Shown: positions 1-12,107 of the stretch, one piece after another | How the letters are laid out: each line of letters begins with the position of its first letter | Numbering within the stretch: the first letter of the stretch is position 1 | From: Sphaerodactylus townsendi | Taxonomy: Eukaryota | DNA: 64,000 nt | Assembly: GCF_021028975.2 (NCBI RefSeq) | Contig: NC_059440.1 | Coordinates: forward strand, 10,912,001-10,976,000 | Direction: 5' to 3' | Notes under the pieces: model-generated | What the model was told of the DNA's origin: nothing | The model's input: only the letters and a program-made list of their open reading frames with translations | The model's database searches: none | Made by a program: the position numbers and the translations under genes

Positions 1-30
1 CTTAACCTCCTACGCCACTGCTGCTCCACA

Positions 31-315
31 CGGTGTAGTGGTTAAGAGCAGGTGCACTCAAATCTGGAGAATTGGGTTTGATTCCCCACTCTGCCACTTG
101 AGCTGTGGAGGCTTATCTAGTGAACCAGATTAATTTGTGCACTGTCAGCTGGGTGACCTTGGGCTAGTCACAGTTCTTCGGTGCTCTCTCATCCCACCCA
201 CTGACACAGGATGTTTGTTGTAGGAAGGGAAAGGAGATTTTGAGCCCCTTTGAGTCCCCTTCCAGGAGAGAAAGGGGGGATGTAAATCCAAACTCCTCCT
301 CCTCCTCTTCTTCTT
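31..315 (+). mobile_element. tRNA-derived SINE (Squam3-like)
   Basis: A box GGTGTAGTGG, B box GGTTTGATTCC, MIR/L2-like 3' part and (CTT/CCT)n tail; about 20 copies in the window. Confidence 0.8.
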
Positions 316-1429
316 TGTTGTGAAGGCACGACAGCAACCTGGGTTGTTTCCATGGGCTCCAATCACTACCTGCATGGCATGCACGGCAATGGGAAAAACG
401 GAAATGGATCCCTTTATAGCAGTTGCAACTCACTGTACATTTGCTGTGTGGAACTGACCAGTGATAAAACTTATGGCCACTAGAGGATGCAGTAGCCTGC
501 ATTTAGGTTGCTTGCGGAATGTATTTCATTTTTAAAATTTACTTTATTTATTAATAACTTTTTATTTTCCAATAATAACAAAAAAGCAGAAAGACAATAA
601 CAAAATAAAAAATAGCACAGCCACGGTCACACACCCCCACCCACGATTTCAAGTGCCAAAACAGCTCTGTGGAATGCTCCAACTGCCTGCCGTGTGAATG
701 AGAAAGCGTGCACTGTTATTCCTTCCCTCACCACCAAGGGACTTTTGGGCAAAAAGGTACTCTCTACAATCTATCCTATTGAGGAATCAAGTGGTCACAA
801 TATGTCTATCTCAATAGTTTTTCATCAAGCTTCTTGCCCCATTGATTGCATGAACAGATATGCCTTTCCTCTCCTATATGTCATTTTTAAACGAAAGCGG
901 GAAATTCAGAGACCCCGTTGCACACATTGTGACAGCATTCTATCGATATAGCTATACCCGAGGGCAAAACTCATGGATTGCACTGTGTTGATTGAAATGC
1001 ATTCTTAACTCAACATTATCGCTGCAAGATATATGTAACCCCCCTGCTATATGTTACCACTCTTGTAACGAGACATTCTTTCCTTGATCTTTTCTTTATG
1101 GCTTCACATGCTAAGTAGATAACTAGGCTTACCCCTGACACTTCTGGTCTCATGGGAAATGGGATGTTTCCGTTTTCCTGTGGGGTCAGGAGGCCAGGTG
1201 GCTTTATCTCTATTTGTCACAGACTTTGGGGTGCCTCAGCTCCAAAAGAATTCCTTCTCACATTCTTTGGGAAAATGGGAGGGGGAATCAGTTCTGAATA
1301 AAGGAGATAGCAAAAGCCAGGTTCACCAGAACTGGCTTTAACACACTGGGTGCTTCGTTGCTTGCCGATAAACGGTGCCGATCAACAATACAGAGTCCGT
1401 TTATTGATTCAAGGTCCGAGATCTAAAGG

Positions 1430-2100
1430 ATCCAGACTCTCGCTTTGTTCACAACCCCGCGCTTGGTTTCGGTGCCTTCTCGCCACGTGGCTCTGCTCGG
1501 CTTCCGGGACTGTATTTTAGCAACGGTGCCGCCTTTGGGCTTCCCCCGATCTTTGGGTCCCTTTCCTGGGCGCCCCGGGATTGGGGACCCTGTGCGTACA
1601 AACCCACGCAGAGTTCCCGGGGGCTGCAAAGCCGGCGCGCTCTTGCAAAGCCAGGGAGCCGCCTCTTGCCTCGCCTCACTCGCCTTAAGGACCGCCCCTC
1701 GGCCGCCGTGGCCTCGCGTCGAGTCGGCCTGTCGGGCCCCTCGCTAGCCATGGCCGAGCTGCCTCCGGGAGGGTCGCCCCAGCCCGGGGAGGGGGTCCCG
1801 GGGCCGCCGTCCGGCTGCGCGCGCCTGCGGGCCGTGGAGCCGGTGCTGCTGCTGGCCACGCTGGCGCTGGGCGTACAGACCCCGCTGCTGACCCAGTACC
1901 TGTGGACCCGGCTGGCCAACGGCACCCAGGGAGGAAGCGGCGGCTGCGCCAATGGGAGCGGGGCCGGCACCCCCGCCGGGCAACAGGTGAGTAGGACTGG
2001 CTAGGATCTGCAAAAGCGCCCCGAGTGCGGTTGCCAGTATCCCGGTGGGGGCTGGAGATCTCCCAGGTCCGCAGGCAACGGGGACCCGTTCTTCTGGGGG
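1430..2100. promoter_or_regulatory. CpG island / promoter of SLC46A1
   Basis: Strongly GC- and CpG-rich stretch around exon 1; palindromic E-box GCCACGTGGC at 1482-1491. Confidence 0.7.
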
Positions 2101-5100
2101 AAGGGGCAGCATTGGAAGACGGCGGTGGGACTTTATGGCATTTGGCCCGACCGAGGTCCTTCCCCAACCTGCGCCCTCCCCACTCCCCACCCCCAAATCT
2201 CCAACCGAGAGTTGGCAATCCTACAGGGGCACAGGTGTACCAATTGCTTCCATTGGCGAACGAGACTGATCCCCCACCCGTGTGTGTGTGTGTGTGTGTG
2301 TGTGTCCGTTGTTTGCAGTGGGGAATGTTGGTTTATTGAATCCAGTGGCAGATCCTTGGGTCATCTTCGGCTATGCAAATACATCTATCTTTAATATCCC
2401 AGCTAACAGTCAAAGAATAGCTGGTGCAATCCTCATTCCAAAGGGGCTTGACTAGAAGTGGACATTTTCCAGATATTTGGAAGCAACAACAACAATAACC
2501 CCTCCCCCCCGCCCCGGAAAAAAAATGTGACATATATGCAGCGTTTACCTTCCTATCGAACCTAAACTTCTTTTACCAATTGGATACCATAAAAGGTGTC
2601 ATTTAGAACTTAACACACACAATTGCACCTATTTGGCATACTTGTGGGATTTAAAAATATAAATGTCTTCATTTTCTGTAAGAAAAAGTTGCAAGTCGAC
2701 CCATCGCTTCAGAGTTGTAAAACTGCTGCACCTTCTGCCGTCGTAGAAGATGCATCTTTAATTTTGGCCACGTGAAAGTTAGAGATACTTAAGCGGGTGC
2801 TGATAATTTCTAGGCCCGACCAGGAAAGGAATGGTGCAGAGTCAGGAAACGCACCTGCTGTTCCATTCGATGCTAGCCACAAATGCAGGTGAAACGTCAG
2901 GAGAAAATGCTACTGGAACATGGCCATGCAGCCCGGAAACCTCACAGCACCCCAATCCTCAGTGTGTGTGTGGGGGGGAGGGGGATTTCCCACCTAAGAT
3001 TTTTCCATTTTTTCCTGGACCTTAACATCGCCAGTCTCTTTCTCTCTCAGGACGTGGAAGCCGTGGTTGCCCACTGGAGCCTCTACATCAACCTGGCTGG
3101 CTTCTTTGTGGGTCTCTTCTCAGTGACCCTGTTTGGACCCTGGAGCGACAGTGTGGGCCGCCGGCCGGTCCTCATCCTGCCAGCGCTGGGCATGGCTCTA
3201 CAAGCAGCAGCCTACCTGTTGGTCATGTACCTCCAGCTGCCGGTTGGTTACCTCCTGCTAGGCCGCATCCTGAGTGGTCTGTCGGGCGATTACAACCTGA
3301 TTTTGGCGGGGTGCTTCGCTTACGTCGCTGACGTCAGTGACAAGCGGTCGCGTACCTTACGGGTGGCCATCTTGGAGGCGTGCCTTGGCCTGGCAGGGAT
3401 GGCCGCGAGCATTATCGGGGGCCAGTGGCGTAAGGCCGAAGGGTACCTCGCGCCGTTCTGGCTGGTCTTTGCAGCGAGCCTTTGCGCTGCTCTCTACGCA
3501 GCTTTCTGTCTCCGAGAGTCGGTGTCGCAGAGACAGCGTGGAAGGCTGTTCACCTTCCGCCACTATCTGGCCGTGTACCGCCTTTACGTGGACCCCGGCC
3601 GGGGCAGCGCTTGGAAGAAGCTCGCCCTTTATTCTCTTGCGTTCTTCTTGGTGGTCACCGTGCATTTCGGAACTCAAGACATCCTGATTTTGTACGAGCT
3701 GAGCTCTCCGCTCTGCTGGGGCTCCGACCTGATTGGATACGGCTCCGCGGCCCGCTACTTGACTTACCTCACCAGCTTGACCGGGCTGTGGCTGCTCCAG
3801 AGATGCATGGCAGACACCTGGGTGGCTGAAATGGGGCTGCTGTCCAACGTTTTGGGGCTGGGGGTGATCGCGCTGGCTGCCACCACCCCTCTGATGTTCA
3901 CAGGTAATTCTGGCTTCCGGTCTGTTCTGAACATAAGAACATAAGAACTAGCCTGCTGGATCAGACCAGAGTCCATCTAGTCCAGCATTCTGCTACTCGC
4001 AGTGGCCCACCAGGTGCCTTTGGGAGCTCACAGGCAGGAGGTGAAAGCAGTGGCCTGCTGCTGCTGCTGCTCCTGAGCACCTGGTCTGCTAGGGCATTTG
4101 CAATCTGAGATCAAGGAGGATCAAGATTGGTAGCCAGAGATCGACTTCTCCTCCATAAATCTGTCCCAAGCCCTTTTTAAAGCTATCCAGGTTAGTGGCC
4201 ATCACCACCTCCTGTGGCAGCATATTCCAAACACTAATCACACGTTGCGTGAAGAAGTGTTTCCTTTTATTAGTCCTTATTCTTCCCCCCAGCATTTTCA
4301 ATGAATGCCCCCTGGTTCTAGTATTGTGAGAAAGAGAGAAAAATGTCTCTCTGTCAACATTTTCTACCCCATGCATAATTTTATAGACTTCAATCATATC
4401 CCCCCTCAGACGTCTCCTTTCCAAACTAAAGAGTCCCAAACGCTGCAGCCTCTCCTCATAAGGAAGGCCGCAGACGGCCGCAGGCAATTGGTGCGCTCGC
4501 CCTGCTTCCTGCAGGGCGGGCAAGGATGAAGCCGGCGGCTCGGCTTGTGGAGCCGCAGTGCAAGGGCAGAAGAGCCGCATGCGGCTCTCGAGCCGCAGGT
4601 TCCCTACCCCTGGTCAAGAGCAACGGTCCTCGGGTCTTTATCAGAAGTACGCAAGGATGGCTTTGCTGGATTGGACTGGAGTCCATCTAGTCTGGCATTC
4701 TTTTTTCCAAACAGATGGCTATTGTGACTATACTCTGTTCCGCATAAAGATGTTAGTTCACTCTGTTGAGGTGCAGCAGTTGAGAAAAATGTGTGCTGTC
4801 ACATTAGAATGTAGTCCCAAAGGAATATGAGAATTATCGTTCATTTTTACACACCGCCCTTGTCCGTACCATTATTTTGTGCATTGTTGAACTTGGTACT
4901 CTGATACAAGAACATTTATGCCAAAATATGTTTTTGCTTTCAAATGGATGGGGAGAGCAGGGCTAGGTAGGCACTAGGACCCAGGCGGAGCATTCTGTAA
5001 CAAAGAAGGTCCGGCATGCTTTGCTCTGTGGTGGAAGAATGTACAATCTACTAACATCTTTATGTGAAACGGAGTATAATAGCGGTTGATTTTGGTCCCT

Positions 5101-8100
5101 TTGGTTTCCTCTGCATAGCAATGATTCCTCACATTGGGGTGCTGTGTAGTTTCCGGGCTGTGTGGCCATGTTCCAGCAGGATTCTCTCCTGACGTTTCGC
5201 CTTCATCTGGGGCTGGCATCTTCAGAGGATCTCATCTGTGGCTGGCATCTTTAGAGGCATCTTCAGAGGATGCCAGCCACAGATGCAGGCAAAACGTCAG
5301 GAGAGAATGCTGCTAGAACATGGCCATACAGCCCGGAAACCACCCAGCACCCCAGTGATTGCCTTTGACAATACATTCCTCACATTGCTTGTCTTGCTGC
5401 TGTGTTTGGGTGGGTGGTTGAGTGTCCACACAGGGTTGTTTTCCATGCACCTTCTTGGTTCTGAGTTCCCCATCCACCCACATGGTATTGGACTAGCTGT
5501 GCATTTGGGTGGGTTTTCCAAGCCACCTAAGCAGCAGCTCAGAGACATAAGTTAATCACACATCGACTCAAGTTAGGGAAGGGACTGTGGTTCAGTGGTA
5601 GAGCAACTGCTTAGCAAACAAAAGGTTCCAAGTTCAATCCTCCACATCTCCAGTTTGGGAGACATGTAGGGGGCATGAAAACCCTTGGCCTCAGACCCCT
5701 GGAGAGCCACTGCCATTTTGAGCTGATGAATCAAATGATTTGATTCAGTATGGGGTGTGTTCATTCATTCAGATTGCGGATGAAGGAGCCATTCTAGCCT
5801 ATTGCAGCAAATCCCTTCCGCACGGACGGAATAATGCATTTACTACCTCCCCAGCAGCTGCTGTTAAGGGGTATACTGCCTCTGAACATGGAGGTTCCAT
5901 GTTGGTATCACAGGTTTTCAGTCAAGGGCTTTCACCTGCTGGGTAATGTAACTGGCTGAACTTATTCTTGCCTACAGGATGCTAAAAATGATTCAGAGGA
6001 ATCTTTTCTAAGGGTAGCCAGAAGGCCCTTCTGGGGGAACAGTGAGTGACTCACAAAGTGCTGTGGACCCAATTTGTGGCTTCTTTCTGCCTCACAACTT
6101 GTATTTGTTTACATCCAGGTTACGGCCTCCTCTTCTTTTCAATGGCTGCCACTCCTGTGATCCGCTCCAAGCTGTCTAAGTTGGTCAACGAGAATGAACA
6201 GGGTAAGTTGAATGAACAGTCTGCTAGCCATACCCAGGTCATGAATGAGCTGGTCAAAACAGGGTTTGTGTAGTTTCAGGATTGCATTGGTCTTTTGCAA
6301 GGTTTTTTAAAGAGCAGATTTCTCAGTGCACTTGAAATTTATTGTTATCTATGAAGAGCTCAGAGATCATTATCTGTGAAGAGAAGGTGACCAGAGGAGG
6401 GCAACCAAAATGAGAAAAGGTCTAGAATCCATGCCCTATGAGGAGAGACTTCAGGAGCAGGGGATGTTTAGTTTGATGAAGAGAAGGTTAAGAGGTGACA
6501 TGATAGCCATGTTTAGATATTTGAAGGGATGTCATGTTGGTGAGGGAGCAAGCTTGTTTTCTGCGGCTCCAGAGACTAGGACCAGGAGTCATGGGTTCAA
6601 GGTGAAGGAGAAGAGATTCCACCTCAACTTCAGGAAAAATTTCCTGACCATCAGGGCTGTTCGACAGTGGAATGCACTACCTCGCAGTGTGGTGGAGTCT
6701 CCTTCTTTGGAAGTTTTTAAAGAGAGGCTGGATGGCCATCTGTCAGGAGTGCTTTGATTGTGTGTTCGTTCATTACAGGAGGTTGGACTTGATGGCCCTC
6801 AGGGTCTCTTCCAACTCTATGATTCTATGATTCTAAGAGCTCAAGACCCCGGGGGCAGCTGAGAACTGAGGGACCGCAAGAGCTTCTCATCCTAGATCAC
6901 ACAAAATAACCTCCGTTGTGGGATGAATTTTGAAACTTCACTCAACACTGCTTTTTAGGGACAGATATTTAGGTGTTTTCAAGGCTTTGTCCGGAGAGGG
7001 AAGGCAGTCTGATTGAGTCAGGTGTTGTAAGCTAAGCAGGGTCAGTACTTGGAAGGGGGGGATCTCTGTGGAAGACTCTGCAAAGGAAAGCAACGGCAGA
7101 CCACCACTTACCTTAAAGCCCCTTGCAGGGGTTACGAAATGTTAGCCGCAACTTGACAGCGCTTTACACACACAGAGGCATTACCAGAGAGCCTGGGCCT
7201 TGGGCCTTGGCTCTTGTCTCTATCCCATCGCCTGATACACAGAAGATTTTAGGGCTAGACACTCCGAGGAGCAGAGAGCAGGTTCCAAGTATTATGCTTA
7301 GCCAGCTATGGCATGAAGTTTGAGAAGGGCCTTTTCTTTCTGTTTTCCACAGTTGCTTTTACAGGCCCGTTACCTCTGTATAAACTCTCTCTCCTCCAGG
7401 GGCACTCTTTGCTGCAGTGGCCTGCACTGAAGGGTTGTGCTCGCTTGTGGCCACAGGAGTCTTCAACTCCCTCTTCCCAGCAAGCCTGCACTTCATGAAG
7501 GGCTTCCCGTTCCTCTTTGGAGTCATCGTCCTCCTTGTTCCAGCTGCCATTCTTGGGTAATCCTTGTCTTGCTCTTTCCCCTGGGACAGGTGCCCTTTGG
7601 TGATGTAGTGTGGTGTAGTGGTTATGGTGCTGGATTATGATCTGGGAGACCCAGGCTTGAGTCATCACTCTGCCGTGGAAGCTCACTAGGTGAACTGGGG
7701 ATAGTTGCGTACTCTCAGCCTGATCCACCTCACAGGGTTGTTGTGAAGGTAAAATGGAGGAAAGGAGAATGATGTAGCCACTTTGGGTCTTCATGGGACA
7801 GAAAGGCAGGGTATTAGTGTGGTAAATAAATAAATATTGNNNNNNNNNNNNNNNNNNNNNNNNNNNNNNNNNNNNNNNNNNNNNNNNNNNNNNNNNNNNN
7901 NNNNNNNNNNNNNNNNNNNNNNNNNNNNNNNNNNNNNNNNNNNNNNNNNNNNNNNNNNNNNNNNNNNNNNNNNNNNNNNNNNNNNNNNNNNNNNNNNNNN
8001 NNNNNNNNNATCTCACTGCTTCTTTTGTTTGTTTATTTATTTCAGTTGTAAATGTTTAGCTTAAAATGATTTTATGTTGCCTCACCAATGTTGTTGGAGG

Positions 8101-9612
8101 TGTGCCGTGCTTTTCTTTTCTTTTTAATGTGCACAACTGAACAATTCCAGAACAGCCCCCAAAATCTCTAAGCGCAGTGCAGTGATTTTTCCCCCCTTGG
8201 TTTGTGATGACCCNNNNNNNNNNNNNNNNNNNNNNNNNNNNNNNNNNNNNNNNNNNNNNNNNNNNNNNNNNNNNNNNNNNNNNNNNNNNNNNNNNNNNNN
8301 NNNNNNNNNNNNNNNNNNNNNNNNNNNNNNNNNNNNNNNNNNNNNNNNNNNNNNNNNNNNTTCATCTGCATTAAAACAAACAATATCCATCCACAGTAGC
8401 ACACACACAGACACACACACACACAGTGTCTAGCTGCACATAGGCGTCAAACTCGCGGCCCTCCAGATGTTATGGACTACAGTTCCCATCATCCCCTGCC
8501 AGCATCATGCTGGCAGGGGGATGTTGGGAAGCGTAGTCCATAACATCTGGAGGGACACGAGTTTGTCGCCTAGCAGATAAAAATTAGTCAAACTGTTAAC
8601 ACAAACAACTAAAACGAATGGCTCAACCCTAAACAAAAATCTGGGAGGAGGAAAAAACAGCTTTAGCTTTACTCCATAAAGTTACCGAGACTAGTGCTGA
8701 GTGGAGGGCTTTCCCACCTTCCCCAGGAGGGTCTTTCCCCCCCCCTTCTCTTCTACTCAATAAGACCACCATTAAGACCCTCCTAGATTGTCTCCAGCAT
8801 TGACCAACAAGTCTTGGAGGGCCCACCAGCAGGGCATGGAAGCATGGCTTCCTTCCCATGGCTTCTTTCCCAGGACCTAGGTAAACTTAAAAATTAAAGG
8901 TAGAGCAGAAGAAGAAGAAGAGGAGGAGGGGAGTAGTAGTAGTAGTTTGGATTTATATCCCACCTTTCTCTCCTGTAAGATGTAAGATGACTTACAAGCT
9001 CCTTTCCCCTCCTCTCCCCACAACAGACACCTTGTCAGGTAGGTGGGGCTGAGAAAACTGTGACTAGCCCAAGGTCACCCAGCAGGAATGTAGGAGTGTG
9101 GAAACACATCTGGTTCCCCAGATAAACCTCTGCCACTCAGGTGGAGGAGTGGGGAATCAAACCCGGTTTTCCAGATTAGAATGCACCTGCTCTTAACCAC
9201 AGGTAATCCCCCTGTGTAAGCACCAGGACATTACTGATCCATGGGGTGATATCACATTGCTACTTCTACTAGGTTGACCATGTTTAGAGGGCGGTCTGCC
9301 TTCCCCAGTCACTTCCGCTTTACCCCCAGCAAGCTGGGTACTCATTTTACAGACCTTGGAAGGACAAAAGGCTGAGCCAACCTTGAGCCAGGTACCTCTG
9401 AACATTTAGCTATCCTGGGGAGCTTCATGGATGAGAAGAGATTTTGAGTGTATCCCACTGCTGCCCGACACAGCTCACATGCCCTTGAGACTCTGACACG
9501 GTCCATGTTTTCTTTTCCTCCCTGTCCCAGGTGGATTGAAATCCGGGATTCGAAACCTGAGTACAGCCACTTTGAGGATTTACCTAGCCCAGTCCAGGAA
9601 GTGGCAGACTGA
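1750..9612 (+). CDS. SLC46A1: Proton-coupled folate transporter (PCFT), MFS; 5 coding exons, 470 aa
   Basis: Exons 1750-1986, 3051-3903, 6119-6202, 7400-7556, 9531-9612; all introns GT-AG; total 1413 nt in frame. Motifs [52 protein letters not shown] match PCFT. Synteny with SARM1. Confidence 0.97.
2280..2305. repeat. (TG)n microsatellite
   Basis: Direct reading. Confidence 0.9.
2869..2954 (+). mobile_element. Penelope-like terminal fragment (5'-truncated)
   Basis: Same sequence family as 5135-5374; the CTGANGA box is missing. Confidence 0.6.
3930..4466 (-). mobile_element. CR1 LINE 3' end
   Basis: ORF 4089-4580 contains [30 protein letters not shown]; (AACATAAG)n tail. Confidence 0.9.
5135..5374. 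mobile_element. Penelope-like element terminal fragments in inverted arrangement
   Basis: Inverted arms ~5135-5230 and ~5268-5354; flanking direct repeat ATTCCTCACATTG at 5124 and 5375; carries the hammerhead core. Confidence 0.7.
5187..5229 (-). ncRNA. Minimal type I hammerhead ribozyme motif within a Penelope-like element remnant
   Basis: The minus strand reads TCCT-CTGAAGA-T-GCC-agccccagatgaa-GGC-GAAA-CGTC-AGGA: CUGANGA and GAAA core, stem I TCCT/AGGA, stem II GCC/GGC, GUC cleavage triplet. Confidence 0.6.
6390..6835 (+). mobile_element. CR1 LINE 3' end
   Basis: ORF 6410-6757 encodes the CR1 ORF2 C-terminus; (ATTCTATG)n tail. Confidence 0.9.
7603..7835 (+). mobile_element. Older tRNA-derived SINE
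   Basis: A-box head, CCTCACAGGGTTGTTGTGA core, (AAAT)n tail. Confidence 0.65.
7840..8009. other. Assembly gap (others: 8214-8360, 17314-17609, 19480-19769, 28753-28927)
   Basis: Runs of N; all intronic or intergenic, so no coding exon is missing. Confidence 0.99.
8908..9199 (-). mobile_element. Squam3-like SINE
   Basis: Same family as 31-315. Confidence 0.8.
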
Positions 9613-12107
9613 CCGCCGTTGTTCCAGAACTGGCCTCTGCTTGTGTGCGCCCTTGAGGATTGGAAATCACCCATGTGGTTTTGCCAGAGATTTAATGGTG
9701 ACAGAGCCAGAACTTGGAGAAGCGGCCAACGTTCTGTGGCTCTATCTTGCTAGCCTTGTGTGCAAAGGACGGGACGGACTCAAGACAACAGCTGAGAAGA
9801 TGTGCTTCCAGGCTACCTGCAGGGTAGCAGCAAATTCTTTGATGGACTGTTGGGGGGTGGGGGGAGGCTGGGTGAAATAATGAATCAAATCAAACGGGTT
9901 TATTGCCAAACCTGACTGACCCTCAGTTGGAAACTCTTGTATTATGAAACAGTAGGAAGATGATGCTAGAGCAAGTCAAAGGTTCGGGTTTGAAAAGCAT
10001 TTCAGCTGCAGTTGGAGCTTCCATGCTCAGATGCAGTGTACCTCTGTATATCTGTTGCTACTGAGCAACAGTACAGAAAGTTCTTAGCCTCTGTGCCCCT
10101 GCTTGTGTGGGTTCAGTTGGCCTTGTGGGAAGCAGGATGCTGGATTAGACAGACATCCAATTTCACGTAGCAGCTCTCTTCCGATGCTTTGGTAATGCCT
10201 TGACGGTTTCCAGGTGCCAGCTGCTCGGAGATCTTAGCACAGCACAGGACATTTGTTCCACATGGTTCAGTCTACTTGGTCATCCTGTGTGGATTCAGTG
10301 CTGTGGGGGGGGCAGCCTTTTTCCTGCTTCTCCTCAGCACTGTGGTGTCTCTCCAGGGGCTTTCACTATTTCTCCTTCAGTCTTGCTCAGATTTGCTTTG
10401 CTGGGACTTTTTGGGAAAGATCATGATAAAGCCTTGGATGGGTGGCTGGGAAAGTTGAGGCTTTCCTGCCTACAAGGCAGTTTCCACAATGGCCTCCCTA
10501 CCACTAGGAGGCCAGCAACTGAATATCAAAATAACACTGTAACAATAATGTGTAACAGCATATCAGAATTTTTACCTTTCTTTCTTTTAAAGTAAGTCTC
10601 TGGACTCCTCCATTGCAGAGATATAATGGGAAATGCATATCTCTGCAAGCAGAAAGACTAGAGATTTGTTTATTTATTTTTTTTGAAAAAGAGAAAGGAT
10701 GGGAACGGAGAGAATTTGTTATATGTGTTGTTATAGCATATAAAATATATGGACATTCAACAGCTGATTTTTTAAAAAATTGAAAATCCCAGTGACCTGG
10801 GGGTTGGCTGCAACTGGGCGGAAAAACTGTAGGGGAACCTGCCATGTGGAACCCGTGTTGCTCCTGAGTGTCAGGATTAAGTTTCACTTTCCCTTGTAAG
10901 TTTCATTTCCCTGAATCCCCTGGCTCCCAATACGATGAAGACCCTTTCGTTTGAGTGTGTTCAGCCTTACACTGAGCTGTATTAGCTGTCGCATGAGCAA
11001 TGGGGAAACCACACAAACCTATCGTTGGGTAGAATCCGCCATGATCTCAATAGATGTGCTGAAAGTTTGAAAATTATTTTTAATTTGCATCTATTAGGGG
11101 AATACCCAATGTATGCCACAGAGCGTTTTGCCCCCTGATGATTTTCAACCTTAGTAACTCAGTTCCTAAATTTTGCCTTCTGTTGCATAAGCGGCATCCA
11201 ACCAACCCCACTCCAGAGAGCTGAGTTTCGTTTTGCTGCCTGTAACCCCAAGTGCAATGCTCTGTTGACAGTATTGTTTGTAATGGAATTAAATGTGATT
11301 GGTGAATGTCATAGATTTCACATTTATGTGCTCTGTTTAGGCAGAAGGAAAGCATTGCAAGATCCATCCAGCTACAATAGATAAAGGTCTGTCCGAGCAC
11401 CAGCTCATTCCTGACATATGAGGTGGTGTCACACTGCAACATTTACTAGGCAGACTTTTGTCCTGTAAGATGCCATTATATCCAACAACAGTACAGACTG
11501 TGTTATAGAGCCATTTTGCATATCCTATCTGTTTCATTAGGGGACCCCACATTTTTATGTTGTAGGATAAGGAGAAAAATCTCTCCATGCTGTCATTTTT
11601 TGAAACATCTATCATGCCCCTTAGCGAAGTCTCTCTCTCTTTTTTGCTGAACCCAAAGGCCTGAAAAGCAAGAGCCTTTTTGCATAAGGAAACTGCAATT
11701 ACCAAGAAGCTGATAACTTTTTATAGAAGATTCCCCCCACCCCACCCTTTACAAAGACTCCTAAGGAGGAAGAGGCTACCTGATCACAAGTCCCAAAGGA
11801 TTAAGAGCTGGCTGAAAAGTATCAAACAATAAGATGCGGGGGAGTCAGCAAAGGACTATCCAGACTGATGGGAATCGGATTCCTTCCCCAACTCGGCGGA
11901 ACTTTCACACTGGCATGTGCCAAAGAGGGAGCAACCCGAAGCCGCAAGCAGCACCGCGAAAGCATCAGAGCTTTTTTGCTACAAGGCAGGGAGGGGATAA
12001 TGTTTCAAGCGCCACCTCTTTTGCTACCATAAGTTGAAAAGAGAAGGACTCCTGCCGCCCCCTTCCTCCTCCTAGCAGGAAGCAGTTGGGGGCTGCTCCT
12101 GCCAATT

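Noticed and set aside
31-100. tRNA-like A/B boxes (many copies)
   Set aside because: These are SINE heads followed by SINE body and tail, not tRNA genes.
690-1450. Possible LTR/LINE remnant upstream of SLC46A1
   Set aside because: No termini, TSD or recognisable protein motif could be established by eye.
4089-6757. RT-related ORFs as possible active retrotransposons
   Set aside because: Only short, 5'-truncated CR1 ends; no RT catalytic core.
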